Assembly (NCBI GenBank): GCA_951406725.2
Contig: OX597829.1
Coordinates: 27,032,001-27,096,000, forward strand
DNA: 64,000 nucleotides
Direction: 5' to 3'
Source: Octopus vulgaris
Lineage: Eukaryota
Both the position numbers and the translations under genes were made by a program. Positions 50,317 to 62,478 of this stretch are shown one piece after another (the first letter of the stretch is position 1; each line of letters begins with the position of its first letter). The notes beneath the pieces were generated by a model. That model had not been told where the DNA came from. It saw nothing but the letters and a program-made list of their open reading frames with translations, and did no database searches.

Positions 50317-52065
50317 GATGTTAGATATAGTAATGTTTATATACAGAGTGGTGAGTCTTGACTAAGGTTTAACACTGATGGATTTAAATACAACATCAAA
50401 TAAAAAAAATGATGGCATACTAAAACTAAAGAAGCATGTCTTTCAATGCATGTATTTTTTTCGTAACTTTGAGAGCTTTCATGTGACAAAACGCTGTATA
50501 TTGTAAATTCAGTACTGTTTTAATAGTGGACAGATCTTCCATACTGGCATAATTTACGTTAGCTGGTTTGACAAGATCCAATGAGTCCAAGGAATACACC
50601 ATGCACTAATATCTGCTTTGGCATGGTTTGTATGACTAGATGCCCTTTCAAGTGCTGTAACCATGTTAGACTGTATTGTGACACCAATACTAGTGAGGTC
50701 ACCATGCAGCTTGCAAAACTAAGATCCCTTTGACTAAATGGGGCTACAGTGAAGAAGGGAGGCAAGTTTATGTTAAGAGATGAAAGGTGAAAGTGTGACA
50801 GAAGAGGCCAGAACAGAATAGGCGAGTTGGCAGAAACGTTAGCACGTCAGGCGAAATGTTTAGCTGTATTTCATCTGCCGCTATGTTCTGAGTTCAAATT
50901 CCACCAAGGTCGACTTTGCCTTTCATCCTTTCGGGGTCGATTAAATAAGTACCAGTTACGCACTGGGGTCGATATAATCAACTTAATCTGTTTGTCCCCT
51001 CTGTGTGTAGCCCCTTGTGGGCAATAAAGAAATAAGAATAGGTTTCTTGTAGAGGTACTACATGACAGCTCACATTATAGATGTAGTGGGAGTAACTGAG
51101 GTAGGGCTGGAAAGAGAGAGAAACTATTTGGTGATAAGCTCTAAGGATAGGCCCTTAAAGTACAAAGCGAATAGAAATGATTGGGGACAGAAGAGGCAGT
51201 GCAGATGGGTAAAGTTGCAAGATTGAATGGGGAGAATAAGCAATGGTTGGAGATGGGAGAATGAGTGAGGGAGAAAATATAAAGAATGAGGATTGAAGAG
51301 TTGTTGATAAATGTGTTCGAGGAAGGTAGTGAAAAGTGGGTGATGACTATAGAAATTGGGTAAGGTCGAGGGATGAATGTAGTGAATGGTGGACAAAAGT
51401 GGAATGGGTGATTGATGATTCGTGAGTTGAGGAAAGGTAAGGGAGAGTAGGTGATGAGTGTCAATAGAGAAAATGGATAAAGAGCAGCAGGATGAGAGAA
51501 AGGGACATGATGTGTGGGTTGATAAATTGCATGAGTGTGAGGGGAGAGTGAGAGGTATATACTGAATTATATAGAGATAATTCAGTAACAGAGAAAGGTG
51601 ATCAGTGTAAAATGTGGGGGGAGAGAGAGAGTGTGTGTGTGTGTGAAGAATGAAGAATTGGTCAACAAAGATGTTAACTGGATTGAAAAAAAGGAAAAAA
51701 AAATAAATGTAAAGAAATACAAACACACATATATACCAACATCATTGTTTTAACATCTACTTTTCCAATTTGAGACAGATTTTCTGTGGCTGGATGCCCT
51801 TCCTGTTGCCAACCCCCACTTTTCCCAAGTGAGATGATATTTTACCATGGAAGAGAGGAAACAGACAACATCACTTGTATGATGGTAATACTTATTTACA
51901 ACAATCCATGTAACATCTAAACAAGGTTACACACAAACACCACATTTGTCAAATTCACTCAGAGGTTTGGTTGGCCAAGGGCTATAGTGGAAGACACTGG
52001 CCCAAGATACCATGCAGTGTGACTGAACCCAAGACTACATGGTTGGGAAGTAAGCTAAAACTTAC

Positions 52066-52139
52066 CTTGCATGACTCTGTAAATGGGAAGTAGCTGTATT
52101 AAAAGGCACTGATCATTCCCATAACGTCTTGATCCTTCC
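52066..52139 (-). CDS. TLDc gene exon (EGSRRYGNDQCLLIQLLPIYRVMQ)
   Basis: ttccag| ... |gtaag; 74 nt, phase 2 to 1; matches the YG...C.L..L.P TLDc pattern. Confidence 0.9.
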
Positions 52140-53116
52140 CTGGAAGTGCCAAAAGAAAAGATTATATGAAATTGTTCAACTGAAGAAAAGAATTCAATAA
52201 ATTAATGCTTATCATAACTTTTAATCAGAAGAAAGACACAAGAAAAAACAGATAGAGGAGAAAGGGAAGTAGAGATAAATTCTATGGATGATGCTGACAA
52301 AATGGCAATTTAACCATTTTCATTCCCATATTTCTGTTCAAATACACTGTCCCTGTTTCAATTTATTTTGAAAATATTGAAGAATTTGGTAAAATAACTC
52401 ATCAATCTGGTGTTTGGAGCATAAATTAACACGCAAATTTTGATGGAAGGTTTTTGGTTTTGATTATTTAAAATCAGAAATTTGCATCACAGAACCAAGG
52501 CAGTCACAGGCAAGCTGGAATCAAAAGCTTGGCAAAATAATTCCTGCAAATTATGGTGCAATCCTTCAAAGTGTATTAGCATAATCCAATGGGAAAATGC
52601 TTAATAGGTTTCACATCGTGTTCTAAAATCATTTTTGAAACAATATGTGCAGAAGATACATTGTATGACCATTCTTCAGGTAATATTCTGTTCAAGCTAC
52701 TTGAAAAATTGGACAGATATCAAACATTGATGTGTGCATGGAAGAAATTGATATATTGCTCTGATTATCACCCCCAAAATCTTTTCTGTTGTTTATTAAT
52801 CAATTAAATCATGGAATATATTGTCACTCAAAGAATGATTAGCAACCATTTATCAAAGAAAACTTTTGAGAAAAAAAAATAGCAAAGATTCAGCAATATG
52901 TGTTACAGAAAGTAGAGAAATTATAGAGAAGAATTTAAAGTTTTCTCTTAGATTTAGAGTTTCTAACTTCCTTAAAATGAATGCTAACAAGGATGATTAA
53001 GCCATGTAGTTTCATGTGGTATAGGACTAACAGACAGATGTGAAATATACTATATGAGGTTTTGAACATTCACTTAAGCGGACAAAGTATGTTGAATTAT
53101 AAGACCAAGTTGTTAC

Positions 53117-53215
53117 CTCCAGCCACAATCAGATGCAATACAATAAAGGTTTTTGGCTTCGAATGAAAGCAATGTAACACAGGAACCTTTGTAAGATGAA
53201 ACATGATGTGAAAAT
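53117..53215 (-). CDS. TLDc gene exon (FSHHVSSYKGSCVTLLSFEAKNLYCIASDCGWR)
   Basis: ttttaatag| ... |gtaac; 99 nt, phase 2 to 2; completes the NRF-x-HHV-x2-Y-x-G motif. Confidence 0.9.
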
Positions 53216-55829
53216 CTATTAAAAGAAAAAAAAAATCCAGTTAATTAAAAATATTAAGGGTTTTACTAATAGCAGCATGCATGACACATGTTAACCATTG
53301 AAAAACACACAAGGGCTGTTAACTTCACTTAAACGTTTATTACTTGTTATATGGTCACGGGTAAGGATGACAGAGTAATCTTTATCAGTGATCAGGTTAC
53401 AGTATCAAAGAACAAAAATTTTGAATCCATATAAGAAATAAATGTTTAAGTGATTTTGAGTGACTAAGATGTGTCTTCCATGCTACAATTGTTTTACTTC
53501 CAACACACATTCTCAGACCAAATCACTTACCTAGCAAGTACACCTCTGAAATTAAGGTTTAATATTTTAAGAATTTCAAAATTTATCATTTTTATGTCCA
53601 CTTCTCTGTGTTAGCATGGTTTGGACAACTTTTTGAGAGTGGTACTTATGGCTGGATAACCTATCTCACACCAACCTTTTAGTGGTTCCTTATGACATGC
53701 AGAAATATGGTATACCTATTCCAAACACTAGGAAGCATTTGAGAAAAAGGAAAGTTTGTTCTTTTTGTACGTGCTTCATTTAAATCCATTGACAGACATT
53801 ATTAATTGATGTGCAAACAACTGTTTACTGAAATACAAAACCATTTCTAGCTTATATCATTATTTTAAATAATAAAATATATTGTTTTTTTTTTTAATTT
53901 GTAAAAGGTATCTCACTCATGTATAGCAAATTAAATCTTTAGCATACCCATAGTTATATGGACAAGATTATTAAGAAGCTAACAGTGAGAGACCAGTAAT
54001 TTAACTCTCAAATCACTCATTTTGTAAATCAAATCATTGAAACTGTACTATTTTTAGGCAGCAGGTGCCACACCCACCTCAAGCCCATTTATATTTCAGA
54101 ACATTTCATTAGGCTTACCAACATGATCTCATTTCTAGTGTTAGCAGATCCAGCACAGATGTTACTAATCCATTTTCAGAATTCTAAACTTATTAAATAC
54201 AATATCAATATTTATGATTATTTTCAAGACCAAGATATGCTTCTTGACATGTTGAGTCTGTAAACTGGTCTCATTTTAGTTTAGTTAAAGCTAATCCACT
54301 TATGTATGTTACACAATCTCATTCAGTTATTCTCTATAGTTACACATGTTGTTCCCCAGCCTACACCCTAATATGAAATCCCAGTTTACCAGTTTTTTTT
54401 TTAAAATCTCAAACATCTCCAAGGGAGTTGTGAATAGTAATATAAATACATCTAAATTGTAATAACACCACCAAAGTATTTCAAACAATAGCTTTAAAAG
54501 TGTTTTGGTAGTGTTCAACTTTTACATACAATTACAAGTGCTACCAATGGGAATATCATCTTACTATCATTTTCATTCCTGTATCTTTTCTGTTCCAAAC
54601 ACTCGACATACCTTAAACAGTGGTAACTGAAAACTTGTTGCACTACTCATTTTACATTAATTTTTCATGCTGACATGGGTTAAATGGAACTTTAAGACAA
54701 TTTTTTTTTTCTTTCCCCAAATGTCCTTACTGATGCCAACATTTTTAGTTGCTCCTCACAACATGGGTGGGATACAGTGTACCTAATCTAAAAAGATTAA
54801 AATAAATAAATTGGAATACATGTATTACATACTCCAAGCAAGAGATATAAAAGATACTGGACTCAGCATATGCCTTCAGTCCAAATTTATCTGCAGATAC
54901 TTTGCTGTTTCTCATTGCCCAAACACAATGTTATCTCACTATATGTCAGAAACAGGAAACAAAACATCTGAGAATATCTGTGATAGACTGAGAGTCCTAT
55001 CCCAGGGGAGATTTATAAGTAGCAGCTGTTTTACGAACTACTCACAATTCCTTGAGACATGAACATAATCTTCAACAGATGAAATCAAACCACACCACCA
55101 TTGCAATTAGGTTTACATTTATGGCCTGAATTTCATGTGGCATCTTAAACCATTTCCAAATATGTAAAAACATTAAAGATGTAGGCATGACTGTGTAATT
55201 AAGTTTGCTTCACAACCATGTGGTTTTGGGTTCACTTCCACTGTGGCACCTTGGGCAAATGTTTTTTTTACTATATAGCCCTGGGACAATAGAAGCCAGC
55301 CTTGTGATTGCATTTGATTGATGGAAACAAAGAAATGTGCATGGACACACACAATGTATATGTATGTATATATGTTTGTGTGTATGTATGTATGCAAATT
55401 TTCTAAAAGTCATTGAGCTACATGAACTGACATTGTTGTAGTCCCTCCAACTTCATCAACAAACCATCTGCTGAATTTGCATTTTCAGATCTGTGTACAA
55501 TAAAAAATCTCTTACTTGAAATACAAGTAAAGGTTAGCAACAGAAAGGGCATCCAGCCATAAAACAATTCCTCAGAACTATATTCGTCTAACCCATACTA
55601 GTATGGTAAAAATGGACATAGAAACAAATGAAAATAAATAGTGATGCGATTATATTACTAACAAATAAAAGGAAAATCAATATATAATACTACTGTTTTT
55701 ATCTTAAATTAGCAGCAGTAGGGAAAGCATTCGTCTATAAAATTTGAATAGGCATGTGAAAAATCTGAATTTCCAGACAAATTTAATTCATAAATAAAAA
55801 TAGAAGCAAAATAAAAAGTGTTTCTTTAC

Positions 55830-55900
55830 CTGTTCATAGATAAACCATGATCGTTACTGTTATATAAAAGATTCCATGTTTGGCAATGTGGAAGACGTGC
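55830..55900 (-). CDS. TLDc gene exon, start of TLDc core (ARLPHCQTWNLLYNSNDHGLSMNR)
   Basis: ccccag| ... |gtaaag; 71 nt, phase 0 to 2; carries the W-x-LLY-x-S-x2-HG-x-S motif typical of TLDc domains. Confidence 0.92.
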
Positions 55901-56158
55901 CTGGGGACATAGAATGGCAGAGGTATAGAGTAAAGAAAAATAACAAATTCTAATGTAAGCAGAAGGCAGTAAACGATATGGTTTAAGATAAGGAGACCCT
56001 CTCACACATACATGATGAGTTTCTTCCATTTTCTGCCTACCAGACCCAATCACAAGCTTGGAGCTATAAAAGCAGACATATACCCTATGTGGTTGGGAAG
56101 CAAACTTCTTAATCACAAAGCCATACCTGCATAAATACATTTTTTTTCATATACTTAC

Positions 56159-56347
56159 TTTTTGAAGAAGATCTTGTACTGAACTGGAAACAAATGCATA
56201 AGGACTAGGCTGTGTCCTCAAATCAGTAGGCTTTGGAATTGTTATGTAGACACCGGGTAAAGAAATTGTCATGCACCATAGAACTGTTTTATTGATCAAA
56301 TAATGTCCTTTTAAAATATGATCCAGTTCAGGAACTGCAGTAGTTAC
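56159..56347 (-). CDS. TLDc gene exon (VTTAVPELDHILKGHYLINKTVLWCMTISLP...QDLLQK)
   Basis: ttgcag| ... |gtaagt; 189 nt, phase 0 to 0; lies within ORF 56147..56422. Confidence 0.88.
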
Positions 56348-57426
56348 CTGCAAGGAGTTGATGAGAATTTTCATAAAACATTGGAAGTGGAAAATTTTGA
56401 AAATAATGAAGAATTTAATCAAATAACTTGGTCGTTATTGAAGTGGTAATTGTAATATAAATTAACTGTCTTTGTCAGTCATATTTGAGAATCCAACCAG
56501 AAAGTGTAGTGATAGTTGCTTCTGATAGGACCCTATGGAGGAGGTCCTTGAAGACTTTACTCCCATGATCCTCTAATGAATGGTCAGTGGAAGAAACAGA
56601 TGGAGTGATGATCAGTTAAATGATGTTTGGATCATATTTGGTAATGGTGGTTCAAGTAAGATGTACTTGGAAGAACTTTTGGTAACTGGGTAGCATGCTG
56701 ATGAGGAGTGGAATGATAGCTAAGCTAAAGGGAAGGTGAATGTTACAAATGTGAGAACTGCTATGATGTATGGGAGTGAGACATAGGAAATGAAAGTGGA
56801 ATAATAGAGAAAGTTGGAAAGAACATCATCATCGTTTAACGTCCGTTCTCCATGCTAGCATAAATGAGAATGGTTTAATGAATAACTAGAGTAGTGTCGA
56901 GAGACAAGACTAAAAAAATAAATTTTAGAGGCTATAAAAAGCAAGAATCACCTATTACATATAAGTGTGTTTAACTAGAGGATCATTGTAAATCTTAGAT
57001 ACCAAAGTGGATTTAATCACAGTTACAGATAGACACTAGACTAAATATTTATTGGATACATTAACACATTGGATCATCATCATCACTGTTTAACATCTGT
57101 TTTCTATGCTGACATGGATTGGATAGTTTGGCAGGAGCTGACCAGCCAGAGAGCTGTCCAGGTTCCAATTGTCTGTTTTGACAGTTTCTATAGCTGGATG
57201 CCTCACCATCATTGTTTAATATCTTTGACGGTGGCATGGTTTGGATGGTTTAACAGAAAGTGGCCAGTCAGAGAGCTGTCTGTTTTGGTATAGCTTCTAT
57301 GGCTGGATGCCTTTCCTAATATCAACCATTTTACAGAGTGCTTTTCACATGATATTTTATGTATCCCTAATTATTGTAGATTTTCCTGTTCATTCAATAA
57401 TCAGAAGAACTTAGACAAAAACTCAC

Positions 57427-57558
57427 TTCTTCTGTATGAGACTTAGATCCAGTTAGAATGCAGAGAACCCATTCATGAACACTACTAAAGAGATGTGGAC
57501 AGTGTTTTTCCATCCAGCGTTCAAAGTCTTCATAACTTATAGTTTCTTGAATACCAAA
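57427..57558 (-). CDS. TLDc gene exon (FGIQETISYEDFERWMEKHCPHLFSSVHEWVLCILTGSKSHTEE)
   Basis: tttatttcag| ... |gtgagt; 132 nt, phase 0 to 0. The ISYEDFERW segment resembles an EF-hand-like helix. Confidence 0.88.
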
Positions 57559-58633
57559 CTGAAATAAATAAATAAATACATAAAATATAAGGTTTTCACA
57601 AAATTGTGACTGATAAATATTTTGAAATATTTATCAGACCATACTTTTAAGGATCATTTAAGTATGTGTTGTAATGGCATCTAATTCTATTAAGCAGATC
57701 AACAATTTATCAGATAAGATGAAGATTAAGATTGTGACTTAAACATTTTGGTATAAATAAACACTAATCTCAATAAGTTTGTTGAGAATACATTAATGAT
57801 TCAATGAATGCAGAACATCTATTTTACATAACTATGATAAACGGTTTAACTAACGAACATCTTGTAGCCAAAATTACATTATTCACAACAGCCACTATGA
57901 TTGAAATTTTATGGCAGTGCCCGCTTCAGAGTTCAGCTTCTGCAACAATAGTTACCAACCATTTCTATGCCCCATATCCCTAAGAAATGTTTGATTAATC
58001 ATTGCATCCCATAAAAAAACATCTCACTTGAAGATAAAAATATCAACTTTCTAGTAATTTATTGTTCAAAAATTGAACCACACACACACACACACACACA
58101 CAATGTAGAATAGTAAAGTTTGTGGTGTGCTTTAATACAACAAAGTTGTTTTTTGAAATTATTAGTGTTATTCCAAAAAGCGATTTTAAACTAGACTTGC
58201 CCTCTTTTTTGTACCCACTGAGTATTCACCAACAGAGGGTTGAGTCACACCTGGTTGGGGACCACTGTTCTACATCTTTTACCTCGTCATTGAACATAAT
58301 ACTCATATAAAGGTTGCAAACAAATTCCCATACTAATTGTAAAAGTAACCAAGGAAGCAATAATAATGCATTTGAACACAATAGGTATGGTTAATAAGCT
58401 TGCTTTACGACTGTGTGGTTTCAGGTGAGTGCATTCTACCATAGATTCAGGCTGAACCAAGATTTCTGAGTAAATCTAGGTCTATGATGAATTTGTTAAG
58501 TGGACAGTATTTAACCCTTTAGCATTTATACCAGCCATTATATCTGGCCCAAATATTCTACCTATTTTATGTTCAAACTGGCCAGATCCAGCCACTCACA
58601 CCTATCCTACAATGTCATTGAAAAAATAAGCAA

Positions 58634-59040
58634 TAGGCGTAGGAGTGGCTGTGTGGTAAGTAGCTTGCTTACCAACCACATGGTTCCAGGTTCTGTCCCA
58701 CCACGTGGCACCTTGGGCAAGTATCTTCTATTATAGCCTCAGGCTGACCAAAGCCTTGTGAGGGGATTTGGTAGATGGAAACTGAAAGAAGCCCACCATA
58801 TATATATGTATATATGTGTGTGTATATGTTTGTGTGTCTGTGTTTGCCCACCCCCCAATCACTTCGCTTGACAACCAATACTGGTGTGTTTACGTCCCCA
58901 TAACTTACCGGTTCGGCAAAAGAGACTGATAGAATAAGTACTAGGCTTACAAAGAATAAGTCCTGGGGTCGATTTGCTCGACTAAAGGTGGTGCTCCAGC
59001 ATGGCCACAGTCAAATGACTGAAACAAGTAAAAGAGTAAT
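58634..59040 (+). mobile_element. SINE family A copy nested in a TTAA MITE
   Basis: MITE halves lie at 58511-58633 and 59037-59131. Confidence 0.9.
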
Positions 59041-59382
59041 CACATCATCAAAATCTTGAAGCTGCAAGATAATGCATGATTGACTCAAAACAATTTGAAT
59101 AAGCAGAGTAATCTGAATACTAAAGGGTTAAACCTTTATGCAATCCCCATGATTAGAAATATAATTTGCAACAGAGTGTACTATGTTAAAGGCACCCAAG
59201 GCCATGTATTGGTGTTAAACTGGGTGACAGATTAAATCTACCCAACTATATTCATGGCAGTTATTCAAAAAGGTATTATTTAAATAGTTTTATTTGGCAT
59301 TGTAATTTCTAATGTTTGAAGACAATATAATAAAACAGTAGAAATCTTACAAGTGAAGAATTTTAATGGTTATAATACTCAC

Positions 59383-59495
59383 CATACTGTTCACCATGGC
59401 TTCACGACAACCTTCACTATTTTCAAATTGTGAATATGGAATTGAAGACAGAGACAAGGCCAGGGCATAACAAACAACAACAAGATCCCTGCTAT
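59383..59495 (-). CDS. TLDc gene exon (DSRDLVVVCYALALSLSSIPYSQFENSEGCREAMVNSM)
   Basis: ttttgcag| ... |gtgagt; 113 nt, phase 1 to 0; open frame continuous with both neighbours. Confidence 0.85.
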
Positions 59496-62276
59496 CTGCA
59501 AAATCAGATATTGGTACATAGATCAAACATGATTGTTTTTCTTATTCACTTCATACAATACAAATCCTAACTTTATTATTATTTGCAAGAAATCATAATC
59601 AGCAATTTCAGTTATATTTATATTAGCACCACTCTGGATTAGGCATCAAGAAAAGTAAGACTGTCTTCCTTTCCATTTCTACGATTATGCAAGGTGGCAT
59701 GTAAAAAGCACCATTCGAGCGTGATCGTTACCAGCATCGCCTTACAGGCACTTGTGCTGGTGGCACGTGATAAAAACATTCGTGCCAGGTCATTGCAAAT
59801 GCAGCTGGACTGGCTCCTGTGCAGGTGGCACATAAAAAACACCATTTGAGCGTGCCCATAGCCAGTACCACCTGACTGGCCCTCGTGCTGGTAGCATGTA
59901 AAAAGCACCCACTACACTCTCGGAGCGGTTGGTGTTAGAAAGGGCATCCAGCTGTAGAAACACTGCCAGATCAAGATTGGAACCTGGTGCAGCCATCTGG
60001 TTTGCCAGACGTCAATCAAATCATCCAACCCATGCTAGCATGGAAAGCAGATGTTAAACAATGATGATGATGATTTACAGCACTACTATATCCCACCTAG
60101 TTAACAATTTATCTACGCTTTCTAATGAACCTCCTGTTTGATCAATCTACTAATTCAACAAATGCAAGTATTGTACCTAAAGTTTTAATTCATCTTTCTG
60201 ATAGAAATTATCATCTTTATTTAACATCTAGGTTCCATGCTGGCATGGGTTGAGAGCTTTGATAGGATTCAATGTGTCCAAGGACTGCATCATGCTCCAG
60301 TGTCTGTTTTGGCATGATTTCTATTCTGTGACTTGATGCCCTTTCTAACCTCAACCACTTTACAGAGAGTACAGGATGATTTTTCTCATGCCACCAGCAT
60401 TAGTGGAGTTGCAAGACTACAAAAGTGAAGGAAGTAGGATAGTTTTATGCTAGGAAGACAGGAGAAGGTAATGGTATGAGAGAAGAGGATGGGACAAAGC
60501 AGGTTCTTGTTGTAGAGGAGCTACACAGTCACTCACATTTAGGGGAGTGAAATGTTACTACAATTTCATTTTGTGTATCTTCATTGATTGTAGACACTAC
60601 TACTACTGCTACTTTCCTATTCTATTCCTACCTTGTATGATCAAATTCCAGCAAGTTTCTGAATCTTTCCATTATTAACTGCTTGCATTATTAAATGTCA
60701 CCAAGGTTGACTTTACCTTTTGGGGTCAATAAAATAAGTTCCAGTTGAGCTGTGGTTGATGTAATCAATTTAGCCTCTTCCGTGACAATGCTGGCATTGT
60801 GCCAAATTTTGAAACCATTATTAACTGCTTGTTATTTTAACATTGAGTATATACTCCATCAAGCTCGGTTCCATTCTTCTAATTTCTTTTGCAATTCCTG
60901 GACATGCCTTCTTGTACCTCAAAAATACACCCTAATATCTCATCATCATTCCAGTTACTTCCACCCATCCTTATATAATGCATGGTGGCCATTTATCTCC
61001 TCCACAGAACATGCCTGTTCCTGTCCTTCTACCATACTCTAATCTGTCAGTTGATGGCATTAAACCATATCGCTCTCTTGCACACTACCCATAAGTCAAG
61101 GTGGAGGTGAGGGCTTTTTGTTTTGCAAGTTATTTGGCAACCTCATAAGTGCTGGTGGCATGAAAAAAAGCATCCAATATACTCTGTAAAGTTATTGGCA
61201 TTAGAAAAGATAACCAGCCATAGAAGCCATGTCAAAGCAGACATTAGAGCTTGGCAAAGTCCTACAGAATCATCCAACCTGTAGCAGCATGGAAGGCAGA
61301 CATGAAATGCTGAAGACAATGATGAACTGGCACACAGTAGCCTGTATAAGCACGAAGTTCTGAACATTTATTTCTGTACAATTTAATGGTTTAATTAAGT
61401 GATAAACTTTATTCAAGTATTTTGGTGACTAACTTAGATCATGCAGTATTTTTTTTTATTATTTGTTATAACTTGAAGTAAGGAGAACAGTGAATTACAC
61501 TGACTCCAGTACATTACTGGTATACTTTATCAACCATGGGAGGATAAAAAGAAAAAATTTGACCATAGCAGGATTTGAATTTAAAATGCAAAGAGTTACA
61601 AAAAACACTGCAAGGAGTTGTTTTCTGATGCTACTAATCTGCTGTAACCATTTCAATATCAACTCATTTGAGCCCACTTCTAATTGTTTTAAAGTGACCT
61701 GAATTTTAAAACTTCCATAAAAATTCCATGTTAATTTATAGACCCGACAAATGAAGTGAGTTCATGGCTCGCAAGACAGCCTGCTGTGCTTGGGAAACCT
61801 ATCGAGTCAAGTACATCAACATCAAAATAAAAATCAAATGGAAATTTTAATTGTGATACCTGTGTCGGTGGCACGTAAAATGCACCATACAAAGGTGGCC
61901 GATGCCAGCACCGCCTTGACTGGCATCCGTGCTGGTGGTACGTAAAAAGTACCAACCAACCATGGCTGTTGCTAGCCTCCTCTGGCCCCTGTGCCAGTAA
62001 AAAGCACCCACTACACTCACGGAGTGGCTGGCATCAGGAAGGGCATCCAGCTGTAGAAACACTGCCAGATCAGACTGGAGCCTGGTGCAGCCTCCTGGCT
62101 TCCTAGACCCCAGTTGAGCCGTCCAACCCATGCTAGCACGGAAAACGGATGTTAAACGATGATGATGATGATAAACTCTTCATTATTTTCAAAATTAATT
62201 GAAACAAAGAGTGTATTTCAATAGAAATATGAGAACAAAAGAGTTGATAACAACAACAATAATAATAATGTCTTAC

Positions 62277-62478
62277 CATCCTTTGTTAATGCATTTTTAC
62301 CTAAAGCAAATAACCTGAAGTAGTATTTCTTCTGATCATTTACTTCATGTAAATTCAATATTTCTTTTCCAGCTTTAACAAATTGTTCCTTTGTAATACG
62401 GTCTTTTTCAACATGGCCATCCTGCATTTGAGTGTACAAAATTTTGCCAAACAGTTTCAAAGGTCCATGGAATGTATT
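62277..62478 (-). CDS. TLDc-domain (Rtc5-like) gene, first coding exon visible in the window (NTFHGPLKLFGKILY...RLFALGKNALTKD)
   Basis: Flanked by ttttgcag| and |gtaag; 202 nt, phase 0 to 1; joins in frame to the exon at 59495. Overlaps ORF 62218..62529. Confidence 0.85.

Noticed and set aside
51124-51726. 200-aa ORF on the minus strand
   Set aside because: It lies in purine/pyrimidine-skewed low-complexity repeat-derived sequence (similar tracts at 17.4-18.3 and 44.8-45.3 kb) and has no domain.
55046-55125. AG...GT-bounded segment in a TLDc intron
   Set aside because: It has an immediate stop in the required phase; the exon at 53117-53215 supplies the expected motif.
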